From: Chlamydiales bacterium
Lineage (GTDB): Bacteria; Chlamydiota; Chlamydiia; Chlamydiales; JBDQID01
DNA: 37,807 nucleotides
Assembly (NCBI GenBank): GCA_047611865.1
Contig: JBLFWS010000009.1
Span: forward strand, 1-37,807
Reading direction: 5' to 3'
Shown here: piece after piece, positions 22,101 to 29,941 of the stretch
Layout: every line of letters begins with the position of its first letter
Numbering within the stretch: the stretch's first letter is position 1
The notes under the pieces: generated by a model
What the model saw: only the letters and a program-made list of their open reading frames with translations
What the model was told of the DNA's origin: nothing
Databases searched by the model: none
Program-made: the position numbers and the translations under genes

Positions 22101-22786
22101 GTACCCTTACTCCTGAAGGAGCTGTGGGTATTGGTGGTGCCTATATGTGTATCTACGGTATGGAATCACCAGGTGGTTATCAGTTGGTTGGCAGAACCCT
22201 TCCCATTTGGGATAAGTTCGTCAAAAACTCTAACTTTGTGGATAACAAACCTTGGTTGTTGCGCTTTTTTGACAGGGTTAGCTTCTATCCAGTAAGTGAT
22301 GAAGAGCTTATCGAACTCAGGAACGACTTTAAAAATGGAAAAATCAATCTTAAGATTGAAGAGGGAGACTTCCATTTAAAGGACTATCACGATTTCCTTG
22401 ATGCAAATGCAAAAGATATTGAGCAGTTTCAAACGAAGCAAAAAATAGCCTACCAAACTGAGGTTAAGCTTTGGAAAGAACAAGGTATGATCGGAGGTGG
22501 TGATGAGGTACTCAATCTTATTGGTGATGGAATAGGTCCAAAAGACGAGGTGATCATTCCGGACAATTGCTTCGCAATAAAGGCTAAGTATTGTGGGAAT
22601 ATTTCTGATATTTTAGTCAAAGTTGGAGATAGAGTAGAGCCGCAGCAAACAATAGCTGTTGTAGAGGCCATGAAAATGTTCATGGATATAAAAGCTCAGT
22701 CTGGCGGTGTTGTGAAAGAAGTCATTGGAGAAAAAGGCTCTGTCATTAACCAGGGAGAGATTATCCTTATTGCTGACAAGGGTTAA
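19157..22786 (+). CDS. uca: Urea carboxylase (biotin carboxylase + carboxyltransferase + BCCP)
   Basis: ILVANRGEIA, FLEVNTRLQVEH, QDYPGRAGYWDVG, GGEAGLHPSNIHD, DGPSLGGF, TSKYNPART and C-terminal EAMKM biotin site. Start placed at ATG 19157 after AAGGA. Confidence 0.95.
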   Translation: MFKRILVANRGEIACRIIKTCRKLNIESIALYSDADRSAPHVRMADQAVHLGNSNPLESYLNSQKIIDIAKEYKADAIHPGYGFLSEDFQFAEECGKNNITFIGPSSPSIQQFSIKERARRFAGNLDIPIVPGSSNIVSLQDALQSAEEIGYPVLLKCSGGGGGIGMTLCQSSDDLSSGFESTKKAGKTFFNNEDVFLEKYISEPHHIEVQIFGDGKGNIAILGERECSIQRRYQKVIEETPSPFCSEDLRQQMYAAARKLGEGVAYESAGTVEFLVDEEENTFYFLEVNTRLQVEHTVTEQVSGIDLVEWMIRQAAKEELHVKDYVYKVKGHSIQARVYAEDPLKNFQPSPGVLTEVQHPSFPWLRIDSGVETGFQVPSNYDPMLAKIIVHGEDRTEAVKRLQVALKESRFDGCQTNLSFLHQIVSSKAFLSGRTTTNFLKDLVYEAHHIEVIDGGINSSVQDYPGRAGYWDVGIPRSGPMDLLSFRIANLLVGNAEGVAALEFTLEGPTLLFHQDTVVALSGAEMEVTIDGEPVEWWKAIRVRKGNVLTVGGISGDGYRSYMAVHGGLDLPEYLGSKSTFALGNMGGLKGNTVIEGDILPIHKESRQEVDLFQRALPKEFQPVYGREWKIDVLYGPHGAPDFFTQEDIDMFFSAAWKVHHNSNRMGIRLIGPKPKWARQDGGEAGLHPSNIHDCEYAVGAINFTGDMPIILTHDGPSLGGFVCPATIIQADMWKLGQVKPNDTITFVKVSYDAAIAKKKKQEGFLTNVKNRSWERKILQERINEGGVLYEHPGDEKKPKFVIRMAGDRYVLIEYGPMVLDLDLRFRIHALMEWLSSHDVDGILEMSPGVRSVQIRYDNKVISLYRLLDVLLEAEEGLPDIKEMVVKSRVVKLPIALDDQWCRAAVDTYMKSVRDTAPYLPDNIEFIKRINGLGTSDEVLKTICEAEYLVLGLGDVYLGAPCAVPLDPRHRLITSKYNPARTLTPEGAVGIGGAYMCIYGMESPGGYQLVGRTLPIWDKFVKNSNFVDNKPWLLRFFDRVSFYPVSDEELIELRNDFKNGKINLKIEEGDFHLKDYHDFLDANAKDIEQFQTKQKIAYQTEVKLWKEQGMIGGGDEVLNLIGDGIGPKDEVIIPDNCFAIKAKYCGNISDILVKVGDRVEPQQTIAVVEAMKMFMDIKAQSGGVVKEVIGEKGSVINQGEIILIADKG

Positions 22787-22805
22787 TAAGTTTAGATCGA
22801 TTAGG

Positions 22806-22841
22806 AAAAGGGGGATGGTGTTTGACACTGTCCCCTTTTTT
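22806..22841. terminator. Terminator between convergent uca and MFS genes, probably bidirectional
   Basis: AAAAGGGGGATGGTGT-TTG-ACACTGTCCCCTTTTTT, with A and T tracts on the two flanks. Confidence 0.8.
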
Positions 22842-22898
22842 GTAATTGGCTAGGGCGTGTTTTTCAAAAGCAACACTCAGCTATTTGGAAAACACGGC

Positions 22899-24971
22899 CT
22901 AGATCCTTTGAAGCTCAATAGATCTTCTTTGTGCTTCTATATCATCAACTTCTTCTATTGTCAGGGCACCGTTATTTTGAGCTTCTTCTCTGGTATTTTT
23001 AGGCATAAGGAATTTGTCGCAGAGCAGAGCTGTAGCGGCCAGTGCGGGAAGTAATAGAAATTGATATCCAGTGTCTTCAGTTTCATTTAAGAGGTCTAGG
23101 GCTCCAAGAGCTAGTGCGAGAATGGGGCCACCCATTGCTCCAACACCATTTACAACACCACTGGCAATTCCAAAATTGTTGGAGGCTTCTTCTGCTAACC
23201 AGCTAAATAAACCATAGTTGGCAACACCCATGCCTATCGCTGTTACACCAAGGAAAGGTAATGAAGAGGATAATTCTCTGGAAAAGGTAAGCCCTACACT
23301 TCCTAAGCCTAAAGTGGCCAACCCGATTTTTGTAGCAAGTTCTCCCCGCCTTGCTAAGGGGGTTTTTCCTGTAATGGTCCTGGCAAGGGAGTTAACAATA
23401 GAAAAAATGCCGGTATATGTCAGAGAATCAAATTGAGAGGAGCCCCGTTCAGTGAAGTAGAATGGCAACGTAGCAATGAGTGAAAGGAGTCCACCAAGGC
23501 TTACAACATTGTTAAAAGCTAAAACTGCGACGCTGTTTTTTTCGGAAATACTTAGGGTTTTTAATTTTTCCATTACGGAGCAAATTTCAGTACCAGGAAA
23601 AAGTTCCTGACCAAGCCACAATGAAATCTCTTTGGACTTTTCAGGTGGGATTCCCTTGTTGACTAACTGATGATATATGGAATTATTTAAGTACTTGTGA
23701 GTTAAGCTCGTTCCGAAAAGGGATATTCCAAGCCATATAAAGTAGGCATTACTTAAGCCGATTTGATCTATGGCAACGGCTTGGATGATGTTGGAAATTC
23801 CTGGAGATAGAGTTCCGATCCCTCCTGCAAACCCTTGACGTATTCCTGCTTCGTTAGCTTTTCCTGAACGTGTCGCAATAGAGAATGTTGCGGGAACGAC
23901 AGAAAGGCCTGCACCGGCAACAATTCCTGAAAGTCCCAGGCCAAAGACTTCAAGACTTAGGTCATCTATACTAGCAAGATCTATTTGACTGGTTAAGATT
24001 GCCAAGGAGGCTATGCCAATTGCACTGGTGACTAATAATTGCAATATTGTTTTTCGCCCGCCATAGTTGTCGGCTTGATTGCCAACCCAAAATTGTGCGG
24101 TAGAGCCAACAATTATTGGTGCAGCAGCTAAGGCAAATTTGAGGGGGGTACTTAACAGCTCTGCTTTATTCAAAGCGGCCGCCATTATCCCCGCAGGTGC
24201 AAAACCCGTAGCAAAGGCTAGGGCAGCGGCATTACGGTCTTTTGTAGGGCTTGCTTTGACGTTTAAGATTTTATCTGTGTATTTTCGAAATCTAAAAGGT
24301 ATATCTTTTTTCTTTAAAGTTTTAGCCTTTGTTAGGCTCCATTTGTTAAATATCAATTCATCTAGTTCATCAAAAAGAGAGCAAAAGGAAGGAGGCAAAT
24401 TGCTAAAAAAGCTTTCTGAGCTGTTCAAAGAATTCCAGGCTTTTAGTTCTTCGTATAATTGAGAAAGAAGTGGAGGCAGGCTTAAGTCTTCTTGTAGGAA
24501 TGAGTTTCTTACGTTCTTTACTTCATGCAACTCTTGGAAAAGAGAGTGTAACTTTGTGCTGGTATCGAAATTTTTAGCGATTTGATTGAGGTCGATATTT
24601 TCGATTTCCTGGAAAAAGGAGCTTAAAGCTTCATGAAAATTGAAATCTGATTGATTGATCCCTTGGGAAAGCTTTGAAATGAGTTTTTCCAGATCTTTAA
24701 AATGACATTCTTTGAGAGGATGAAAGCGTTCTTTTAGTTCTATTGGGAACTGTTCTTTAGAACAATTATTCTCACATATGATTTCTAATTGTCGTATAAG
24801 TAGTTCCGAAACTTTCCTTGGGGAGTTAGGAGAAAGGTTTTTTACTGTATCATTGTAAATACTGACAGAGCGCGCTTGAAGATTTCCTGAAGTATTTTGT
24901 AAATTACCGGAACTGTTTTGTGTGTTGGTATTATTATTAATATTGTTGAAATAGTTACAGGGGAAACTCAT
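22899..24971 (-). CDS. MFS transporter (NarK/NNP-like) with a ~240-aa soluble N-terminal extension
   Basis: Many hydrophobic helices after residue ~245, MFS motif A-like GNQADNYGGRK, and G-rich NarK-like segments (QGFAGGIGTLSPG; GIASGVVNGVGAMGG). The N-terminus is N/S/T-rich. Confidence 0.75.
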   Translation of the reverse strand: MSFPCNYFNNINNNTNTQNSSGNLQNTSGNLQARSVSIYNDTVKNLSPNSPRKVSELLIRQLEIICENNCSKEQFPIELKERFHPLKECHFKDLEKLISKLSQGINQSDFNFHEALSSFFQEIENIDLNQIAKNFDTSTKLHSLFQELHEVKNVRNSFLQEDLSLPPLLSQLYEELKAWNSLNSSESFFSNLPPSFCSLFDELDELIFNKWSLTKAKTLKKKDIPFRFRKYTDKILNVKASPTKDRNAAALAFATGFAPAGIMAAALNKAELLSTPLKFALAAAPIIVGSTAQFWVGNQADNYGGRKTILQLLVTSAIGIASLAILTSQIDLASIDDLSLEVFGLGLSGIVAGAGLSVVPATFSIATRSGKANEAGIRQGFAGGIGTLSPGISNIIQAVAIDQIGLSNAYFIWLGISLFGTSLTHKYLNNSIYHQLVNKGIPPEKSKEISLWLGQELFPGTEICSVMEKLKTLSISEKNSVAVLAFNNVVSLGGLLSLIATLPFYFTERGSSQFDSLTYTGIFSIVNSLARTITGKTPLARRGELATKIGLATLGLGSVGLTFSRELSSSLPFLGVTAIGMGVANYGLFSWLAEEASNNFGIASGVVNGVGAMGGPILALALGALDLLNETEDTGYQFLLLPALAATALLCDKFLMPKNTREEAQNNGALTIEEVDDIEAQRRSIELQRI

Positions 24972-25149
24972 GAAGACATCTCCAAAATTTGAATACTTGT
25001 ATACTTTATGGCAAGAAAAGCATTGCTGTCTATTTTTATTTTTGCATAATTCTCGCCTACCCTAAATGTTTGAGAAAGCAATATTAGGGGCTTATTTACT
25101 GGTTTTTGAATACTGCAATTACTGATGAAATTGAATTTAGGAGAGCATT

Positions 25150-25689
25150 ATGATAATGAAAACTGAGATGGTCACAACGCAAGAGCAAGAGCTTAAAAAT
25201 AAGCAAATGAAAGATATAGAAGAGCTGCTGTCTTACAGTGTGCCTCAATCCGAATATTTTCGTATTTTAAATTCACTAGTGGAAATACTGAATAACTACG
25301 AAAATATTTCAGAAGACGATTCCTGGGTGTCCTTTAACAAATGCAAAACAGGAACTGTATACAGAAATATATTATACCATTGCCCTGGAAAAGATAATGA
25401 AGATGTTTTGGTTGTTTTGAAATATGATCATGCAGAAGTAGATTTTCATTATCATAGTGGAGAAGAACATATTCTTGTCTTAGAAGGGTATCAGGAAACC
25501 CTAAACCATGAAAAGTATGATGAGCTTCAACCAGAGCTGTTCAGTAAAATTAAAGATGATCGCTTCAACTACACCCGTGATGATGGAATTGTAGTAAATA
25601 ACGTCGGTACAGGTCATAGCGTAAAAAGTGATCACTGCCTTGTCCTAATTCACTATAAAAAGTTACCTGAATTCCCTTTGTCCCATTGA
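25150..25689 (+). CDS. Cupin-domain protein (ChrR-like cupin fold)
   Basis: HYHSGEEHILVLEG metal motif plus downstream GTGHSV. RBS AGGAGAG. Confidence 0.7.
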   Translation: MIMKTEMVTTQEQELKNKQMKDIEELLSYSVPQSEYFRILNSLVEILNNYENISEDDSWVSFNKCKTGTVYRNILYHCPGKDNEDVLVVLKYDHAEVDFHYHSGEEHILVLEGYQETLNHEKYDELQPELFSKIKDDRFNYTRDDGIVVNNVGTGHSVKSDHCLVLIHYKKLPEFPLSH

Positions 25690-25727
25690 TCAAATCAGGG
25701 GGGAATTCCCCTGGAGTGTGTGTGATT

Positions 25728-26654
25728 ATGCGTGGATTGATTGTAAGTAAAAGCTTGCTTGATTTTTTTGTAGAGCCAGGCACCGAAGGAACGGTTTATA
25801 ATACTTTTTCTCGTTCGTGCAACATGCGTTTCGGGAATAATCTTATAGGAATAGTTTCAGAAGATATTGGTGTTAATCCCTTTAGCATTGTTATTTCGGG
25901 TGATGAATTTTTCTCCTGGAAGAATCGTATTCAAAGAGGCATGAAGGTAGTTTTTTATTCTGATGAAATACGGATTGGTTCAGAGCTATGCTTGGATTTA
26001 CGGACCTCTTCAGTTTGGGATCCCTCTTTTTTATTGGAGCTTGGAAAGGAAAACACCGATAGATCTGTAAACATTCTGACAAACTTGTTCTCGTCTCTAG
26101 AAGGGACACGCCCTGTATTGGATATCACACAAGAGTATTTTCAAAAAGGGTTCTTGTACCAGTTAGTGGAAGACCCATATTGTGAGCCATTCGTTCGTAT
26201 TTTGTGTGTTCTTTTTGAGAAGGAAGAATTTTCTGAGCCTTCTTTTGAGGATGCTATCTGTGGTCTCATTGGATTTGGAAAGGGGTTAACCCCCTCGGGT
26301 GACGACTTTCTATCAGGTTTAGTCGGGATATTAAACATCGCTGATAAAAGAGCTTACCTTAGCCATGATTTAGTAAGTGTGTTGTCAAAACTCAATCGAT
26401 GCCTGGAAGACAGTATTCAATCCAACAAGACGACATTGATAAGTAATATGTTGTTACAATCAGCTCTTAATGGCTGGTTCTCAGAAAAAGTTAGCAATTT
26501 TTTACTGGCCTTGCTTGAACAAAAAAATGACATAAGAAGTCATTTAGATGAGGTTTTGTCAATTGGCCATCATTCTGGATCAGATATCCTCGCGGGGATT
26601 TATACGGGATTTCAATTACTCAACAAAAGGAATACGCTATGCCAAATTCAGTGA
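25728..26654 (+). CDS. DUF2877 protein (YahE / AllH-YlbF family), carbamoyltransferase complex subunit
   Basis: LIGFGKGLTPSGDDFLSG, TTLIS and SIGHHSGSDILAG signature motifs. An alternative TTG start lies at 25686. Confidence 0.9.
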   Translation: MRGLIVSKSLLDFFVEPGTEGTVYNTFSRSCNMRFGNNLIGIVSEDIGVNPFSIVISGDEFFSWKNRIQRGMKVVFYSDEIRIGSELCLDLRTSSVWDPSFLLELGKENTDRSVNILTNLFSSLEGTRPVLDITQEYFQKGFLYQLVEDPYCEPFVRILCVLFEKEEFSEPSFEDAICGLIGFGKGLTPSGDDFLSGLVGILNIADKRAYLSHDLVSVLSKLNRCLEDSIQSNKTTLISNMLLQSALNGWFSEKVSNFLLALLEQKNDIRSHLDEVLSIGHHSGSDILAGIYTGFQLLNKRNTLCQIQ

Positions 26655-28075
26655 TACTTAAAGAAAACACCTATTTCGATTCCATTACTCTTATGTCTAT
26701 CTCAAGTAAAATACAAGGCTTGGACGGTATTACTTCAGTTCAAGTGGCTATGGGCACAGACCATAATAAGATGTTACTGAAAGATGCAGGGATGTGGGAG
26801 GAGGAAGCACAGTCTGCTAGTCCAAATGATTTGTTGATTGCTTTTTCCTCTCGGGCAGGGGATCAAAAAAAGGCGGTATTGGAGCTTATTGATCAATTGT
26901 TGTTTTCCGATAAAGCCGATGAGAGCAGTCAGGGAAATGGGACAAAGGAATTTAAGCGAATTCCTGACGCACTTAAACATAATCCAGACTTAAATTTAGC
27001 CTTGATTTCTGTTCCGGGAGAATATGCTGCCAGAGAAGCAAAACAAGCCTTGGAGCATGGTCTTCATGTGATGATGTTTAGCGATAATGTATCCATCGAT
27101 GATGAGAGGCTGCTGAAAGAGCTGGCTATGGAGAAGGATTTGTTAATGATGGGGCCTGATTGTGGGACAGCAATTATTAATGGAAAGGGACTAGGATTCT
27201 CAAATAAGGTAAAAAAAGGGAATATCGGAATTGTAGGGGCTTCAGGGACAGGTATCCAGGAATCCACTGTTTTGCTAGATCGATTGGGTTTGGGTATCAC
27301 TCATGCGATTGGTACAGGTGGAAGAGATTTAAAAAGAGAAATCGGAGCTTTGACAATGAAGCAGGGCCTTCGTTTGCTGGAAAAGGATCCCCACACTGAA
27401 ATTATAGTTCTTATTTCTAAAACACCAGACAAGGATGTGGCAAGGGACCTTTTAGCTTGCTTACAGTCATTTAACAAACCTGTGGTGGTATGTTTTATGG
27501 GACATTTCGAGAGCCAAGAAGCGGAACGCTTCATTCCAATATTTTCGAACCTTACTGATGCTACTATACATGTTGCTTCTCTATTAAATGTTTCAGCAGA
27601 AATCCTGAGACAGAGTGAAGTAGAAAAGCCCCTTCTTCAAAAATCACAGACAAAAATCTATGGTTTATTTTGTGGAGGTACTCTTTGTTCAGAAGCCGAG
27701 CACATTATTGGGAAATCCCATACCTTTATAGATTTTGGTGATGATGAGTATACAAAAGGCAAGCCCCATCCCATGATAGACCCAAGTACAAGAAATGACG
27801 CTTTTCTTCACTATGCTAAAAAAGATGATGCGGCGGTTCTTTTGTTTGATATCGTTCTTGGTTACGGAAGTCATGAGGACCCTGCGGGGAATCTTGCACC
27901 TGTTATTCGGAAAATACGGCAAGAAAAGGACGTCCTGTTCATCGCATCAGTTTGTGGCACAGAAAGCGATCCTCAAGTTTACTCTCGACAAGTTTCTCAA
28001 CTTAAGGAACTAGGTGTTATTGTGGCCTCAAGTAATGCAAATGCAGCTGAGTTGGCGAAATCAATCATTCAATAA
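26639..28075 (+). CDS. FdrA-family acyl-CoA-synthetase-like protein (YahF / AllF)
   Basis: YFDSITLM, MGTDHNK, LALISVPGEYA, MMFSDNV, MMGPDCGTAII, GASGTGIQE, GTGGRDL, GLFCGGTL and GKPHPMIDP. Confidence 0.93.
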   Translation: MPNSVILKENTYFDSITLMSISSKIQGLDGITSVQVAMGTDHNKMLLKDAGMWEEEAQSASPNDLLIAFSSRAGDQKKAVLELIDQLLFSDKADESSQGNGTKEFKRIPDALKHNPDLNLALISVPGEYAAREAKQALEHGLHVMMFSDNVSIDDERLLKELAMEKDLLMMGPDCGTAIINGKGLGFSNKVKKGNIGIVGASGTGIQESTVLLDRLGLGITHAIGTGGRDLKREIGALTMKQGLRLLEKDPHTEIIVLISKTPDKDVARDLLACLQSFNKPVVVCFMGHFESQEAERFIPIFSNLTDATIHVASLLNVSAEILRQSEVEKPLLQKSQTKIYGLFCGGTLCSEAEHIIGKSHTFIDFGDDEYTKGKPHPMIDPSTRNDAFLHYAKKDDAAVLLFDIVLGYGSHEDPAGNLAPVIRKIRQEKDVLFIASVCGTESDPQVYSRQVSQLKELGVIVASSNANAAELAKSIIQ

Positions 28076-28088
28076 ACGACTAATGAAC

Positions 28089-28291
28089 GGCCTTGTTGTA
28101 TAAATCAAACCACTGAGCCACAGAGATCAGTGAGAAAATATGAGAAAATGAGATAAAGTTCAAAAGACATCGAAAATGCCCTGTTAACGTATTCAGAGTT
28201 GATTTTTCTATTTTTTTATTTCATTTCTCAATTTACTCATACCTCCTCGCTGATCTCTGTGACTCAGTGGTTTAAATTGCGCAACAACGCC
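28089..28291. mobile_element. 203-bp MITE-like element with long imperfect terminal inverted repeats and a 9-bp flanking direct repeat
   Basis: Left GGCCTTGTTGTATAAATCAAACCACTGAGCCACAGAGATCAGTGAG versus right-end reverse complement GGCGTTGTTGCGCAATTTAAACCACTGAGTCACAGAGATCAGCGAG. Flanked by CTAATGAAC (28080-28088) and CTAATGGAC (28292-28300). Confidence 0.75.
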
Positions 28292-28314
28292 CTAATGGAC
28301 AAGGAACAGCAAAA

Positions 28315-29712
28315 ATGACTCTTGATAATGAATTAAAGGTTTTAAACATCGGCAGTCCTTTATTTAAGGAAGCCTTGGAAGAACAGAATGTTTTTACAAC
28401 TCAGCTCAACTGGAAACCCGTTGCCGGTGGCAACCCTGAACTTATTAAAGCCCTGGATAAAGTGCAAAATTCAGATCTTATAGATAAAGCAAATGAGAAA
28501 GCCATTAAAAGACTACTGTCATCAAAGCCAGTTCTTGCTGGAATGGCTTTAGCGGGAGAGGTTATTCCCGATATGACAGCTACAACAATCCTTCATGCGG
28601 GGCCTCCGATAGACTGGGAGAGAATGTCTGGTCCTCTACGTGCTGCGATACTTGGGGCAATGGTATTTGAAGGGCTGGCTGATGATTTGAAGGCTGCTGA
28701 GAAAAGAGTAGAGGCTGGGGATATCACCTTTTCACCCTGTCATGAACATCAAGCAGTGGGGCCAATGGCTGGGGTGACAAGTTACTCGATGCCTGTTTTT
28801 ATAATAGAGAATAAAACTTACCGCAATAAAGCTTTTTGTACTGTTAACGAGGGATTGGGGAAAGTCTTACGCTATGGGGCAAATAGTGAAGAAGTAATTC
28901 GTCGACTACTTTGGATTAAGGAGGTTCTTTATCCTATTTTGAAAGAGGCTATTTCTAACTTAGACGAAATTGATTTGAAGGTTGTGATAGCTCAAGCTTT
29001 GCATATGGGTGATGAAGGCCATAACCGCAATAAAGCAGCGACTTCTCTGATAATCCGTACTCTTTTACCCGGCCTTCTTTCTGTGGATTGTCCTCGAGAT
29101 AAGCTTGTTGAGGTTTTGAAATTTATGAATGGAAATGATCACTTTTTCCTAAACCTTTCAATGCCTACAGCTAAGGTTTGTTTGGATGCGGCAGACAATA
29201 TTGAACACAGTACTATGGTAACCTGTATGGCCAGAAATGGAACAGATTTCGGAATCAGAATTAGTGGTTTAGCAGGCAGATGGTTTACAGGACCTGCAAA
29301 CTTTGTAAAGGGACTTCTATTTCCCGGCTATACAGAGGATGATTGCAATCCTGACATTGGGGATAGTTCAATTACGGAAACCTTTGGTATTGGAGGTTTT
29401 GTCATGGCTGGAGCTCCAGCAATTGTGCAATTTGTTGGGGGCACTTCTGATGATGCCCTGAATTATACAAGGAGTATGTATGATATTACTCTCACACAAA
29501 ATTCGGCATTTTCTATTCCTACGCTAAATTTTAAGGGATCCCCCACGGGAATTGATTTGAGAAAGGTTATTGAATTTAATCAACTTCCAGTAATCAATAC
29601 GGGGATTGCCCACAAGGTTGCAGGGGTTGGAATGGTGGGAGCTGGTGTTGTTTATCCACCCAAAATTTGTTTTGAAGAAGCTTTGAAGGTTTTTGCAGCA
29701 TCTGAGGCCTGA
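28315..29712 (+). CDS. DUF1116 protein (YahG / AllG-YlbE family), carbamoyltransferase complex subunit
   Basis: ILHAGPPI, PCHEHQAVGPMAG, NEGLGKVLRYGA, MGDEGHNRN, MARNGTDFGI, DIGDSSITET and PVINTGIAH. YahG-type N-terminal KVLNIG...WKPVAGGN segment. Confidence 0.93.
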   Translation: MTLDNELKVLNIGSPLFKEALEEQNVFTTQLNWKPVAGGNPELIKALDKVQNSDLIDKANEKAIKRLLSSKPVLAGMALAGEVIPDMTATTILHAGPPIDWERMSGPLRAAILGAMVFEGLADDLKAAEKRVEAGDITFSPCHEHQAVGPMAGVTSYSMPVFIIENKTYRNKAFCTVNEGLGKVLRYGANSEEVIRRLLWIKEVLYPILKEAISNLDEIDLKVVIAQALHMGDEGHNRNKAATSLIIRTLLPGLLSVDCPRDKLVEVLKFMNGNDHFFLNLSMPTAKVCLDAADNIEHSTMVTCMARNGTDFGIRISGLAGRWFTGPANFVKGLLFPGYTEDDCNPDIGDSSITETFGIGGFVMAGAPAIVQFVGGTSDDALNYTRSMYDITLTQNSAFSIPTLNFKGSPTGIDLRKVIEFNQLPVINTGIAHKVAGVGMVGAGVVYPPKICFEEALKVFAASEA

Positions 29713-29722
29713 CAATCTTAAG

Positions 29723-29767
29723 ATAGTTTGGAGTGCTGCAAAAAGAGCACTCCAAATTATATTATTT
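29723..29767 (+). terminator. Terminator-like hairpin after the DUF1116 gene
   Basis: ATAGTTTGGAGTGCT-GCAAAAAG-AGCACTCCAAATTAT followed by an AT-rich tail. Confidence 0.7.
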
Positions 29768-29941
29768 AGGTCGAGTATTAAAATTACAAATGCCCGATTT
29801 TTTGATCTTTTGTGGCATTGACGAAGCCTTCATGAGGAACGAAGTTCCGCTACAGTAATAGCCTAGTTCGAAGTGAGCCCTTGGCGAACGCAGGGCTAGG
29901 AAAGGAACAAGTTGAGGTATTTGAGCGCTGAAAGTGCGACA

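Noticed and set aside
29934..29938. Upstream GTGCG as the intron 5' end
   Set aside because: It belongs to the host palindrome arm (mirrored in the right arm). Only a start at 29942 restores the palindrome and gives the EBS1/IBS1 pairing.
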